DNA of 64,000 nucleotides from contig JBFJCP010000005.1 in assembly GCA_041615815.1 (NCBI GenBank), positions 64,001 through 128,000 of the forward strand. Reading direction: 5' to 3'. The notes below the pieces were generated by a model that saw nothing but the letters and a program-made list of their open reading frames with translations, had not been told where the DNA came from and made no database searches. How positions within the stretch are numbered: the first letter of the stretch is position 1; every line of letters starts with the position of its first letter. The stretch is from Gemmatimonadales bacterium. GTDB lineage: Bacteria > Gemmatimonadota > Gemmatimonadetes > Gemmatimonadales > GWC2-71-9. The position numbers were made by a program, and so were the translations under genes. Below, piece after piece: positions 19,617 through 32,327 of this stretch.

Positions 19617-20312
19617 CTGCTCGAGGATCTCCTGCAACGCCTGCTGGCACTCCCAGTGTCCGCGGTCTACATCGTGATCGGTGCGCTCGCGGCGACCGAG
19701 AACGTGTTCCCGCCGGTTCCTGCGGACACGGTCGTCGCCCTCGGTGTGTTTCTGTCTCACTTCGGCGAGATTTCCGCCAGCGTCGTCTTCGCGGTCACGT
19801 GGACTACGAATGTCGGCGCCGCCGCCGCCGTCTACGTGGCCGCGCGGACGCTCGGGCGGAGCTTTTTCACCGGCCGGCTCGGCCGGCGATTGCTGCGGCC
19901 ACGTGCGCTGGGGCGGTTGGAGGATTTGTACAAGAGACACGGTGTCTGGGGAATCTTCGTGAGCCGCTTCATTCCGGGTGTCCGCGCGGTGGTTCCGCCG
20001 TTTGCGGGGATTGCCGGACTGGGGGCGGCCAGGGCGCTGATCCCCATGGCGCTTGCGTCCGCGATTTGGTATGGAGCCATCACGATCGCGGTCGTGCTCC
20101 TGGCCACGCGGTTGAGCGACGTGGCGCGGCTGCTCGCGGGTTTGAACCGTGTGGCCATTATCGCGGCGGTGGGCGCGGCGGTATTCGTCGTTGTGTTTGC
20201 GCTCGTCCGGCATCAGATCACGGGCCGCGGGAAGGAACGCGGCGGCGGGCGGACGGCGCCGAGCGTTTCGAGTCCCGACGGCGGTGACCACCGGGGGACT
20301 GCAGACGGGTGA
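19617..20312 (+). CDS. DedA family membrane protein
   Basis: ENVFPPVPAD, SRFIPGVR; start uncertain (CTG 19617 or GTG 19656). Confidence 0.85.
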   Translation: MLEDLLQRLLALPVSAVYIVIGALAATENVFPPVPADTVVALGVFLSHFGEISASVVFAVTWTTNVGAAAAVYVAARTLGRSFFTGRLGRRLLRPRALGRLEDLYKRHGVWGIFVSRFIPGVRAVVPPFAGIAGLGAARALIPMALASAIWYGAITIAVVLLATRLSDVARLLAGLNRVAIIAAVGAAVFVVVFALVRHQITGRGKERGGGRTAPSVSSPDGGDHRGTADG

Positions 20313-21223
20313 GCGCGTTGCAAGCGGAGTGGGACCGAGCGTTTTGGATCGAGGGATTCGAGGACTATCTCCGCGCGGAAGCCGGGAGCAGCGGCAACAC
20401 GGTGGATGCGTATCTGCGCGACACACGGCGCTTAGCGGCGTTCGCCCGTTCGAAAGGCGTCGAGGGGCCGGAGCGAGTTACCCCAACCGTGCTGCGTGAT
20501 TTTGTATTCCAATTGAAGGATCTCGGGTTGGCCGCCACGAGCATCCGGCGGCAGATCTCCGTGGTGCGAACGTACTTCCGGTTTCTCGTCGGGGAAGGCC
20601 GCCTTTCGTCGGATCCGAGCACGCAGCTGGAAACTCCCAAGACCTGGCGCAAGCTTCCCGACGTCCTGTCTGCTGAAGAAGCCGAAGCGCTCTTGGGGGC
20701 ACCGAGTGCTGACGAGCCCCTGGTCTGGCGCGATCGGGCGTTGCTGGAAGTGGCGTATGCCACCGGTGTTCGCGTCTCCGAGCTGGTTGGCCTGGTGCTG
20801 GGAGACGTCTGGTTCGACGATGGGCTGATTCGCGTCATGGGGAAAGGCGCCAAAGAGCGGCTGGTACCGATTGGACGTCGCGCGCTCGGTGCTGCCGCCG
20901 TCTACGCTCGCGAGACCCGCCCGACCCTGGATCGTGGGAAGACCGCGGACCGTTTCTTTCTCAATGCGCGCGGTGGTCCGCTGAGCCGGGTAGGGGTGTG
21001 GGGCATCGTCAAACGCTGTGCACGGCGGGCGGGCATCGCCAAGCGGGTGTCCCCGCACACGCTGCGGCACACGTTCGCCACTCACCTCTTGGAAGGCGGT
21101 GCCGATCTGCGGGCGGTGCAGGAAATGCTCGGGCACGCGGACCTCTCGACGACGCAGATCTATACGCACGTGGACCGCGACTATCTGCGAACGGTGCATC
21201 AGACCTACCACCCACGCGCATGA
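20309..21223 (+). CDS. xerD: Tyrosine recombinase XerD
   Basis: TGVRVSEL, GKGAKER, HTLRH, QEMLGHADLSTTQIYTHV. Confidence 0.9.
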   Translation: MSALQAEWDRAFWIEGFEDYLRAEAGSSGNTVDAYLRDTRRLAAFARSKGVEGPERVTPTVLRDFVFQLKDLGLAATSIRRQISVVRTYFRFLVGEGRLSSDPSTQLETPKTWRKLPDVLSAEEAEALLGAPSADEPLVWRDRALLEVAYATGVRVSELVGLVLGDVWFDDGLIRVMGKGAKERLVPIGRRALGAAAVYARETRPTLDRGKTADRFFLNARGGPLSRVGVWGIVKRCARRAGIAKRVSPHTLRHTFATHLLEGGADLRAVQEMLGHADLSTTQIYTHVDRDYLRTVHQTYHPRA

Positions 21224-21807
21224 GAGTCTTCGTACTCGACAACTACGACTCGTTCACCTATAACCTCGTGCAGTATCTGGGAGAGCTCGGGGCGGATCCC
21301 GTGGTGCGGCGAAATGACGCCGTCACCGTGGATGACGTGATGGCATTGCAGCCGGACGCCGTCGTCGTATCGCCCGGTCCCGGCGTCCCGGGACAGGCCG
21401 GGATCAGCATTCCGCTGGTGCGTGCGGCCGCAGACGTCTTGCCGGTGCTCGGGGTTTGTCTGGGGCATCAGGCGATCGCGGAAGCGTTTGGGGGGCGGGT
21501 GATGGCCGCCGCGCGACTCATGCACGGAAAGACGTCGCCGATCGTCCATCGCGGGGGCGGGCTCTTCGCTGGTCTCCCCACACCGCTCGTCGCCATGCGC
21601 TACCACTCCTTATTGGCGGACCCGTCGGTCATCCCCGTTGAGCTCGAGGTCACCGCGTGGACAGAGGACCGTGCGCCGGGTGAGGAGATCATGGGCCTCG
21701 CGCACCGCACGAAGCGTGTGTGGGGTGTGCAGTTCCATCCGGAATCGGTGGGAACCGTCGAGGGACGAGCGCTGATCGGCAACTTCCTGAGGCTCGCGAT
21801 GGGGTGA
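21220..21807 (+). CDS. Glutamine amidotransferase, anthranilate/ADC synthase component II (TrpG/PabA)
   Basis: LDNYDSFTYNL, SPGPG, GVCLGHQ, RYHSL, QFHPES; partner subunit not in window. Confidence 0.93.
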   Translation: MRVFVLDNYDSFTYNLVQYLGELGADPVVRRNDAVTVDDVMALQPDAVVVSPGPGVPGQAGISIPLVRAAADVLPVLGVCLGHQAIAEAFGGRVMAAARLMHGKTSPIVHRGGGLFAGLPTPLVAMRYHSLLADPSVIPVELEVTAWTEDRAPGEEIMGLAHRTKRVWGVQFHPESVGTVEGRALIGNFLRLAMG

Positions 21808-21896
21808 CGGGCCGTGCTCCGCAGGGGCGGAGAGGGCTGCTAGCTGCGGCTGTCGGCCGCCGCGCAGCGGCAAATAAGTCATGATATTATAAGTAG

Positions 21897-24350
<2,454 letters not shown>

Positions 24351-24351
24351 C

Positions 24352-25170
24352 ATGAGCATCGGACGGTCGCCGGCGCCGGTGCTGATGGCCGGCCCGTGCG
24401 TCCTCGAGACGGAGACGGTCAATCTCTCCGTTGCCGACGTCCTGGCCGAGCTCGCTGCGAAGCTCGGCCTTCGCGTCGTATTCAAGGGGAGCTTCGACAA
24501 GGCGAATCGCTCGCGGCTGGCGTCGCCGCGCGGGCCGGGGCTGGAGACGGGTCTCACGGCGCTTCGCCGCGTCCGCGATATCAGCGGTCTGCCGGTGATG
24601 ACGGACGTCCACGAGGTGTGGCAAGTGGGATTGGTGGCTGAAGTAGTCGACGTGCTGCAGATCCCGGCGTTTCTGAGCCGCCAGACCGATCTCTTGATGG
24701 CCGCCGGTGGGAGTGGGCGTGCGGTGAACATTAAGAAGGGGCAGTGGATGTCACCAGAGGCTGTGCAGGGCGCCGTCGAGAAGGTACGGGCAGCGGGGGG
24801 AAATGAGATAACCGTCACAGAGCGGGGCACGGCTTTCGGGTATGGTGACCTCGTCGTTGACATGCGGAGCTTCGCTCGTCTGCGACGAGCCACTGGCGTG
24901 CCGGCCCTCTTCGATGCCACCCACGCGGTGCAGCAACCAGGTTCGGGGCCGGCAGGAGTCACGGGAGGGGCTCGGGAGCACGTCCCGGTGCTTCTCTTGG
25001 GCGCGGCGGCCGCCGGCGCCGACGGCTTCTTCATTGAGACGCATCCCGCACCGGCCACCGCGCCGAGTGACGCGGCCACTATGTGGCCGTTGGGGGAGCT
25101 CGCGCCGCTGGTGGAGCGAGCTCTCGACGTCTGGCACGCAGCCCGAGTCAAAGGAGCCATGACATGCTAG
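24352..25170 (+). CDS. kdsA: KDO 8-phosphate synthase
   Basis: AGPCVLE, SFDKANRS, QIPAFLSRQT, KKGQ, DATHAVQ. Confidence 0.96.
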   Translation: MSIGRSPAPVLMAGPCVLETETVNLSVADVLAELAAKLGLRVVFKGSFDKANRSRLASPRGPGLETGLTALRRVRDISGLPVMTDVHEVWQVGLVAEVVDVLQIPAFLSRQTDLLMAAGGSGRAVNIKKGQWMSPEAVQGAVEKVRAAGGNEITVTERGTAFGYGDLVVDMRSFARLRRATGVPALFDATHAVQQPGSGPAGVTGGAREHVPVLLLGAAAAGADGFFIETHPAPATAPSDAATMWPLGELAPLVERALDVWHAARVKGAMTC

Positions 25171-25736
25171 ACCCACTGATTGCCAAGCGCGTGCAGCTCG
25201 TGGGTCTCGACGTGGATGGTGTCATGACGGACGGTGGGGTGTATATGGGGGAGGTGGCGTCCCAGCCCGTCGAGCTCAAGCGGTTCGATATCCGGGACAA
25301 CATCGGGGTTCGGTTTCTGCGTGCGGCTGGGATCAAAGTGGTGATCGTGAGCGGACGGGTCTCGCCAGCCACGCGGCTTCGAGCAGAGGATTTGGGGGTG
25401 GACGAAGTGATCCAAGACGATCAGGCGCAGAAACTCCCAGCCTTCGAGGAAATGTTGTCACGTTTCGGGGTGCGAATCAAGGACTGCGCGTTCGTGGGAG
25501 ACGATCTCCCGGATCTTCCGATTCTCCGGCGCGTGGGTTTGGCCGTGGCGGTGGCCAACGCCACGACGGAAGTGCTCGCGGCGGCGGATTACACCACCGA
25601 GGCGAGCGGTGGCCGAGGAGCGGTCCGTGAGTTTGCGGAAGAACTGCTGCGGGCCCGAGACCAGTGGGAAGAGGTCATGCAACGATATCTGGCGGAGCGT
25701 GGTGACGTCGCGGGGAGGAGCCTCGGTGTGGGGTAG
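25164..25736 (+). CDS. kdsC: KDO 8-phosphate phosphatase (HAD)
   Basis: DVDGVMTDG, GDDLPD, GGRGAVRE. Confidence 0.93.
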   Translation: MLDPLIAKRVQLVGLDVDGVMTDGGVYMGEVASQPVELKRFDIRDNIGVRFLRAAGIKVVIVSGRVSPATRLRAEDLGVDEVIQDDQAQKLPAFEEMLSRFGVRIKDCAFVGDDLPDLPILRRVGLAVAVANATTEVLAAADYTTEASGGRGAVREFAEELLRARDQWEEVMQRYLAERGDVAGRSLGVG

Positions 25737-26277
25737 TCGCGTGACCATTCCCCTCGTGGTGGTCCTGGGGGCCATCGCGCTGGCGTGTGGCGGCACGGCG
25801 GGTCCTCCCACGACCGTGGCGGCGGCGGACACCGCGGATCAAGTGCTCTTTGGCCTGAACCACAATCTGACTATCGATGGTGTGCTCCGCATTCGTCTGC
25901 AAGCGGATTCCGCGTGGTTCTACGACGCGACGCAGACGGCCGAACTCTTTGGGGTAACCGTGGAGTTCCTCTCGCCGGAAGGCAAGCTCACGACGACGTT
26001 GACCTCCACTGACGGCACGTACTACTGGCGCACCGGCGACATGCAGGCTCGGGGGAACGTCGTGGCCGTGACACCGGACAAGAAGCGGCTCACCACGGAG
26101 ATCCTCAACTACAGCCGCCCGCGTCACGAGATCAATGGGCCCGAGGCCTTCGTATTCGATGCCCCCGATCGACACTTGGAGGGCGACGGCTTCACGGCGG
26201 ATCCCGAGTTCGAGAACGTGGAAGCAACGGGCGCCCGGCGGGGAACGATTCGCAGCGTGGAGCTCCGGAGACAATGA
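25726..26277 (+). CDS. lptC: LptC-like LPS export protein, probable lipoprotein
   Basis: Position kdsC-X-lptA-lptB; beta-rich jellyroll-like sequence; GGAGGAG RBS then GTG; LAC lipobox with Cys21. Confidence 0.75.
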   Translation: MWGSRVTIPLVVVLGAIALACGGTAGPPTTVAAADTADQVLFGLNHNLTIDGVLRIRLQADSAWFYDATQTAELFGVTVEFLSPEGKLTTTLTSTDGTYYWRTGDMQARGNVVAVTPDKKRLTTEILNYSRPRHEINGPEAFVFDAPDRHLEGDGFTADPEFENVEATGARRGTIRSVELRRQ

Positions 26278-27536
26278 CCCGGGCGATCGTGGCAGCGACC
26301 GCGTGGTGGGTGGTGGCCTGGTCGGTTCCCGCGCAGGCGCAGCAGGGTGCCTGCCGGCCGGTGTTGGATCGGGCAACGACCATGCGATCGCAAGCCGGGG
26401 GCGTTCGGTCGTTCTGGAGTGGTGGAGTTTGGGCGCGGTGTGCCAATCAACCAACGACGATGTATGCCGACAGCGTGGCGTGGTACGGTGATCTCAACCG
26501 CATGGATTTCGTGGGGCGCGTAGCGTTTCAGGATTCCACGGTCTCGCTCGATGCGCAACGGGCCAACTACTACCCGGGCGACGAACGTATCGAGGCGTTC
26601 GGCAGCGTCCGGCTCGTGAATCGGGTCACCGGATCGGTGCTGACCGGTCCGCGTCTCACCTATTGGCGTGCGGCGGCCGGGTTGCGTCCGTTCAGCGAGC
26701 TCTATTCCTCCGGGCGTCCCCGCGTCGAGTACCGCACTCCAGCAGACACCTCCGCGGAGCCGTACGTGATCGACGGTGACCGGGTGCGCCTCCGGGGTGC
26801 AGGACTCGCGTTCGCGGCGGGCACCGTCACGATCACCCGCAGCACCATCGACGCCAAGAGCGACAGTGCGATGCTGGACGTGGATCGCGGGCTCGGTGCG
26901 CTGGTGGGGCGCGCGGAAACGGCGGGTGGCGGAGATACCGCACGATACCGCATCGGCGGCGATCGGCTCGATTTTCGACTCACCGGCGGATCCGTGAGTT
27001 GGGTCCAGGCTCGAGAGGGAGCGGAAGCGCAAAGCGCGGATTGGCGCGTGCTCGGCGATACGATCGAATTCGTTCTGGAGGACGATCTCGTGCAAGCGGG
27101 AGCCGCGTGGGGCGACTCCAAGCAGCCCCAGGCGATTTCCGCGACGCAGACGATCGAGGCAGATTCGCTCGCCATCGACGCGCCGGATCAGATCCTCACC
27201 GAGGTCCGCGCATTCGGGCGGGCGAAAGCGACGGCTCGCGATACCGTGCGGTTGGAAAACGATTGGATGTCCGGGGACACCGTCATTGCGCGTTTCGATA
27301 GCGTCGCCACCGGCAACCGTCAGCTCACACGCCTCGAGGCACGCAACAATGCCCGTGCGTTCTATCACGTATACGATCTCGCCAACCCGGGACGTCCGCC
27401 CGCGATCAACTACAGCCGGGGTCGACACATCACTGCTCGATTCCGTGAGGATGGGGGGCTCGATCGGGTCGACGTCGTAGGCGCGGCGGACGGTGTGTAC
27501 CTCGAGCCGGTACCGGCAGGACGGCAGCAACCATGA
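26274..27536 (+). CDS. Long LptA/OstA-like periplasmic beta-jellyroll protein
   Basis: Signal peptide (AQA); repeated ADS/GD-R/GD-TI beta motifs; between lptC and lptB. Confidence 0.7.
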   Translation: MTRAIVAATAWWVVAWSVPAQAQQGACRPVLDRATTMRSQAGGVRSFWSGGVWARCANQPTTMYADSVAWYGDLNRMDFVGRVAFQDSTVSLDAQRANYYPGDERIEAFGSVRLVNRVTGSVLTGPRLTYWRAAAGLRPFSELYSSGRPRVEYRTPADTSAEPYVIDGDRVRLRGAGLAFAAGTVTITRSTIDAKSDSAMLDVDRGLGALVGRAETAGGGDTARYRIGGDRLDFRLTGGSVSWVQAREGAEAQSADWRVLGDTIEFVLEDDLVQAGAAWGDSKQPQAISATQTIEADSLAIDAPDQILTEVRAFGRAKATARDTVRLENDWMSGDTVIARFDSVATGNRQLTRLEARNNARAFYHVYDLANPGRPPAINYSRGRHITARFREDGGLDRVDVVGAADGVYLEPVPAGRQQP

Positions 27537-28714
27537 TAGAGCGGCTCCGGCTTGCACTCGCGGGGAAGGATCCCTCGTTGGCGTTAGCGGTGGCGTCGTT
27601 GCTTCGAAGCGCCGACTCTGAGGGTGCCACGCCCCTCGAGCAATTGGCCGTGGTGTATCGGGAGGCTTACCTGGAGCTCCAACAACGTCAGTTGGGCGAT
27701 GCTTCCAGGCAACGCGGCGTCCTATCCGTGGACGAGGTCCGGCGGCACCTCGCGGCGTCGGTGCTCCCCCGACTCGTCGGGGAAGGCATTCTGGAGAGGC
27801 TTCCCCACCCGCTGGAGCCGGCAGCGCCGATACGCGCTGCCCGGGGACTTTGGGATCAGCTCGCTCCGCAGCGGGATCGGGCACGGGAGCATTTGCTCGA
27901 GTTGGCGCTGGAAGCCGTACGACGAGCGGAGGCGGCGGGGACGGAAACACCGGAGGCGGGTGGCAGTACCCTCTCGGCGCTCGGACTCACCAAGGTCTAC
28001 CGGCGGCGCACGGTGGTCGATCGAGTGCACCTCGATGTGCGCCAGGGTGAAATCGTGGGTCTTCTGGGTCCCAACGGGGCGGGGAAGACCACAACCTTCT
28101 ATATGATGGTGGGGCTCGTGCGTCCCGATGAGGGCCGCATCTTCATCAACGACGAGGACATTTCGAGCCTCCCGATGTATCGCCGGGCGCGTCGCGGCAT
28201 CGGGTATCTCGCGCAGGAGCCGTCGATCTTCCGCAAGCTGACCGTCGAGCAGAATGTGCTGGCGATTCTCGAAACGCTCCGGTTGTCGGACACGGAACGG
28301 CACCGGCGGCTCGAAACCCTACTGGACGAGCTTTCGATCAAACATCTTCGCAAGACCAAAGCCTACAAACTCTCGGGAGGAGAGCGCCGTCGGCTCGAGA
28401 TCACGCGGGCCCTGGTGACCCAGCCGAAGTTCATGCTGCTGGACGAGCCATTTGCTGGGGTGGATCCCATCGCCGTTCACGATATCCAGACCATCGTGGC
28501 CGGGCTCCGCGGGCGGGGCATTGGGCTCCTGGTCACCGACCACAATGTCGAACAAACGCTGGACATCGTGGACCGGGCCTACATCATGTTCGAGGGTCAG
28601 GTGCAGGTTGCCGGGACGGTTCGAGACCTGGTGTTCAACGATCGCGTCGCGGACCTCTATCTCGGTCCGACGTTGACGTCGCGACTGCGGCAGCGGCTCG
28701 GGGAGGCGGCATGA
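27533..28714 (+). CDS. lptB: LPS export ABC ATPase LptB with about 145-aa N-terminal extension
   Basis: [54 protein letters not shown]. Confidence 0.93.
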   Translation: MIERLRLALAGKDPSLALAVASLLRSADSEGATPLEQLAVVYREAYLELQQRQLGDASRQRGVLSVDEVRRHLAASVLPRLVGEGILERLPHPLEPAAPIRAARGLWDQLAPQRDRAREHLLELALEAVRRAEAAGTETPEAGGSTLSALGLTKVYRRRTVVDRVHLDVRQGEIVGLLGPNGAGKTTTFYMMVGLVRPDEGRIFINDEDISSLPMYRRARRGIGYLAQEPSIFRKLTVEQNVLAILETLRLSDTERHRRLETLLDELSIKHLRKTKAYKLSGGERRRLEITRALVTQPKFMLLDEPFAGVDPIAVHDIQTIVAGLRGRGIGLLVTDHNVEQTLDIVDRAYIMFEGQVQVAGTVRDLVFNDRVADLYLGPTLTSRLRQRLGEAA

Positions 28715-30177
28715 AGACTTCGCTGCAACAGAGCGCCGTATTGCGCCAAGAACTGCGGATGAATCCTCGCCTTTATCAGGCGATGGATCTCCTGTACATG
28801 CCGGTACTCGATCTGCAGCAGCACCTCAAGGAAGAGCTCGAGACGAATCCGTTTCTGGAGATGGCCGAGGGCGAGGAGCAAGAGCCGCAAGAGACCAGGG
28901 AGACCGCAGAGCAGAAAGAGAAGGAACGGGAGAAGGAACGCGAAGACGACGAGATGAACTGGGAGGAGATCATCCTCGATGGTTTCCGTGTGGGCGGTGC
29001 TCGGGGTGGATATGAAGAGCGGGAGTTCTACGAGCCCGTTCCGGTGCAAACCCGCGATCTCGCTGATCATCTCCGCGACCAACTCCAACTGCTCGATTTG
29101 AGCCCGCGGCAGCTCTTCTTGAGCGAAGAGTTCATTGGCAACATTGGCGAGGACGGATACCTGCAGGCCACCCTGGAGGAGATCGTTCATGGTGGCAATG
29201 CGGTCTTGGAGGAGCGCTACGATCTGATTCAGGACGGGGCCGGGCCACCCGAGGTGTTCACGCTGGAGGAGGCGGAGCGGCTCCTCAAGATCATCCAGCG
29301 GCTCGACCCTCCTGGTATCGCAGCGCGAGACCTTCGCGAGTGCCTGCTTCTGCAGCTGGAGGAATCGCAGCAGACCGCGACGCTGACCTACCGGCTCGTC
29401 AACGAAGCATTTGACGACCTCATTGCCCACCGGTGGAGTGAGTTGGCCAAGCGGTACGGATTGGAACCGCGGGAGGTGCAGGACGCTGCCGATGAGCTTG
29501 CCAAGCTCGATCCCAAGCCTGGACTCCAGTATCAGAGTACGGCAGATACCTATGTCGTGCCCGACCTGGTCGTCGAGAAGATCGACGACGAGTACCGGGT
29601 GTTTTTGAACGACGGGTGGATGCCACGCCTGCGGATCAGTAAGATCTATCAGGACATTGCGGGAGATCGAAAGAAGTTTCAGGGACAGAACCGCGAGTTC
29701 ATCACAGAAAAGCTCAACAGCGCCACGTGGCTCATTCAGGCGATCGAGCAGCGGCGGCAGACCATGCTCAAAGTGATGAACTTCATCGTGGATCGGCAGC
29801 GTGACTTTTTCGAAAAGGGCATCGAGCACCTCAAGCCACTGACCCTGCGGGAAGTTGCCGACGTTATCGACATGCACGAATCCACGGTGAGTCGAGTCAC
29901 GAACCAAAAATATTGCCAAACACCCCGTGGTGTGTACCCGCTCAAGTTCTTCTTCTCGAGTAGCTTGGGTACCACCACCGGCGAGGACGCGAGCTCGCGC
30001 GCCGTGAAAGCGCAGATCCAGAAACTGGTGACTGATGAGAATACGGGATCACCGCTAACGGACTCTGCCATCGTGAAGGCGCTCAAGGAACGAGGTATCC
30101 AGATCGCTCGCCGCACCGTCGCCAAATACCGCGATCAACTCGGGATTCTCCCTGCCCGTATGCGCAAGCGCGTATGA
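28711..30177 (+). CDS. rpoN: RNA polymerase sigma-54 factor
   Basis: [15 protein letters not shown], RpoN box ARRTVAKYR. Confidence 0.98.
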   Translation: MKTSLQQSAVLRQELRMNPRLYQAMDLLYMPVLDLQQHLKEELETNPFLEMAEGEEQEPQETRETAEQKEKEREKEREDDEMNWEEIILDGFRVGGARGGYEEREFYEPVPVQTRDLADHLRDQLQLLDLSPRQLFLSEEFIGNIGEDGYLQATLEEIVHGGNAVLEERYDLIQDGAGPPEVFTLEEAERLLKIIQRLDPPGIAARDLRECLLLQLEESQQTATLTYRLVNEAFDDLIAHRWSELAKRYGLEPREVQDAADELAKLDPKPGLQYQSTADTYVVPDLVVEKIDDEYRVFLNDGWMPRLRISKIYQDIAGDRKKFQGQNREFITEKLNSATWLIQAIEQRRQTMLKVMNFIVDRQRDFFEKGIEHLKPLTLREVADVIDMHESTVSRVTNQKYCQTPRGVYPLKFFFSSSLGTTTGEDASSRAVKAQIQKLVTDENTGSPLTDSAIVKALKERGIQIARRTVAKYRDQLGILPARMRKRV

Positions 30178-31139
30178 CGCTCGCCGGACCCGGGGACGAC
30201 GTGGAGGTGAGCGTCCTCGTCCCCGCCAAGGACGAAGCCGAAAACCTCCCTGAGTTCCTCCGGCAGGCCGCCGCGACCTTCGCTGCGGTTCCCTATCCCT
30301 GTGAGGTCGTCATCGTGGACGATGGGAGTGTCGATGCGACGCCGTCCGTGCTCCGCCAACTCCGGGCGGAGTATTCGTTTCTCCGGGTGGTCACCCATAG
30401 GAGCCAACGTGGCATTGCCGACGCGCTCAAGTCCGCTGGCGAGACGGCCCAGGGCCGAGTCCTCGTGTTCTATCCGGCTGACCTTCAGTTCGCCCCTGCC
30501 GAGATCCCGGATCTCGTAGCGCCCATACGAGCTGGTGACGCGGACGTGGTGACCGGCACGAAACAGGGTCACTACGAGCGCGCGTTCGTTTCGGGTGTCT
30601 ACAATCGTCTGTGCCGGTTGTTGTTCGGTGTACGTGTCACCGATCTCAATGCGGTGAAAGCGTACCGACGGGAGGTGATGGAAGCCGTACCCGATCGGCC
30701 GGACTGGCATCGCTTCATGGTCGTGATCGCGCAGGCGGATGGTTTTCGAGTCACCGAACGGCCGGTCACGCTTCACCCGCGCCGCGCCGGACATTCCAAA
30801 TTCGGCATCGGGCGAATCCCCGTCGGCATTGTCGATCTGTTGTCCGTATGGTTCCAGCTTCGATTCGGTCGCAAGCCCCTCCTGTTCTTCGGGGTGAGCG
30901 GCGCCGTGCTGTTCGGCCTGGGTTTCCTCGTCGGGATTGCCGCGCTCGTCCTGCGATTTGGCTACGGCATTGGCTTTCGGCCCTTGCTGGATCTGGTGAT
31001 GGTCCTCGTGGTCGTTGGCAGTGTGCTCTTCGGGATCGGATTCATGGGCGAAATGCTGGCAGCCGCCCGGGAAGAGATCCGCGGCCTGACCAGATCGATC
31101 GATCGCCTGGCAGGTGAGTTGCGACGCCGACGCGAGTAG
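30174..31139 (+). CDS. GT2 polyprenol-phosphate glycosyltransferase (ArnC/GtrB-like)
   Basis: VDDGSVD, ADLQ, HRF, PRRAGHSKF, two C-terminal TM helices. Confidence 0.85.
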   Translation: MTLAGPGDDVEVSVLVPAKDEAENLPEFLRQAAATFAAVPYPCEVVIVDDGSVDATPSVLRQLRAEYSFLRVVTHRSQRGIADALKSAGETAQGRVLVFYPADLQFAPAEIPDLVAPIRAGDADVVTGTKQGHYERAFVSGVYNRLCRLLFGVRVTDLNAVKAYRREVMEAVPDRPDWHRFMVVIAQADGFRVTERPVTLHPRRAGHSKFGIGRIPVGIVDLLSVWFQLRFGRKPLLFFGVSGAVLFGLGFLVGIAALVLRFGYGIGFRPLLDLVMVLVVVGSVLFGIGFMGEMLAAAREEIRGLTRSIDRLAGELRRRRE

Positions 31140-31148
31140 CTTCCCCTC

Positions 31149-32327
31149 GTGCGCATATTGATGGTGACTCACGCGTATCCCCGATGGGACGGGGACGTGG
31201 CAGGCGTGTTCATCGAACGGCTGGCCATTGCGCTGGTGCGTCGGGGGCATCGCGTCACCGTGATCGCACCAGCGGACGCTGGGGCTGGTGGGCGTGGGCG
31301 GCGGGGTGGTGTGGACGTCGTCCGGGTCCGGTATGCCCCCGCGCGGGGTGAGACCCTGGCGTACCGGGGGACGATGGAACAGGCGGCCAGGTCGCTGTCC
31401 GGCAAGCTGGTGCTCGCTTCGCTTGTCAACGCGCAAGCCCGGGTCGTCGCGCAGCTGTCCCGGTTCGCGGGAGGCCAGATCGTTCACGCCCACTGGTGGG
31501 TTCCGGGTGGCGTGGGGGCATGGCTCGCCCGGTTTACGGGAGGCAGTCGATATGTCGTCACGCTGCACGGCACCGACGTGGCAGTTCTCGAGCGGTCGCG
31601 AAGCGCGCGATTCATGGCCCGCCGGATTCTCAAACGTGCCAGTGCGGTCACGGCGGTCTCGGGCTTCCTTGCCGCACGCGCGGCGGAGGCGATCGGTATC
31701 GAGAGCCGTCAGGTGGTCGTGCAGGCGATGCCCGTGGATACGCAGCGCTTCACGCGGACGAGCGTTGGCGGTGGAGGCGTCGTCACCGTGGGTCGGCTGG
31801 TCCCCCAGAAACGCATCGACCTCATCATCGATGCGGTGGCGCTGCTCCGACAGAAGGGCAGGCCGTTTCGGTTGACCATCATCGGTGACGGCCCGGAGCG
31901 GGCGGCACTCGAGCGTCGGGCCGAGGAGGCAGGCATCGGCACGCTCACGCGGTTTCACGGACAGGTTGAGCCGAACCGCTTGGCAGACACGATAGGGGAC
32001 GCCGACGTGTTCGCGTTCGCCGCCAGCCAGGAGGGGCTGGGCCTTGCCGCGGCCGAGGCGCTCATGTTGGGAATTCCCGTCGTGGCCTGTGTAGACGGGG
32101 GTGGCGTAACCGATATCGTGCCGACTACGGGCGCTGGTCGGCTAGTTCCACCGGCCCGTCCGGAACGGATGGCTCGCGCCATCGCCGAGCTCGCCCGCGA
32201 TTCGAGTGTGCGCGCGGCGGCGGCGGATGCTGGGCGGTTGCTGCGACGCCGACTCGATCCGGACTACGTGGCGCAGACGTACGAGGAGGTCTACGCCAGA
32301 GCGAGTCGTAAGGGACGTCGCCGGTGA
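31149..32327 (+). CDS. GT4 family glycosyltransferase
   Basis: VHAHW, TLHGTD, VGRLVPQKR, EGLGLAAAEA (EX7E). Confidence 0.9.
   Translation: MRILMVTHAYPRWDGDVAGVFIERLAIALVRRGHRVTVIAPADAGAGGRGRRGGVDVVRVRYAPARGETLAYRGTMEQAARSLSGKLVLASLVNAQARVVAQLSRFAGGQIVHAHWWVPGGVGAWLARFTGGSRYVVTLHGTDVAVLERSRSARFMARRILKRASAVTAVSGFLAARAAEAIGIESRQVVVQAMPVDTQRFTRTSVGGGGVVTVGRLVPQKRIDLIIDAVALLRQKGRPFRLTIIGDGPERAALERRAEEAGIGTLTRFHGQVEPNRLADTIGDADVFAFAASQEGLGLAAAEALMLGIPVVACVDGGGVTDIVPTTGAGRLVPPARPERMARAIAELARDSSVRAAAADAGRLLRRRLDPDYVAQTYEEVYARASRKGRRR

Noticed and set aside
20309..21223. Tyrosine recombinase as a phage or island integrase
   Set aside because: XerD-type motifs, coupled to housekeeping genes, no att repeats or cargo, and dif nearby
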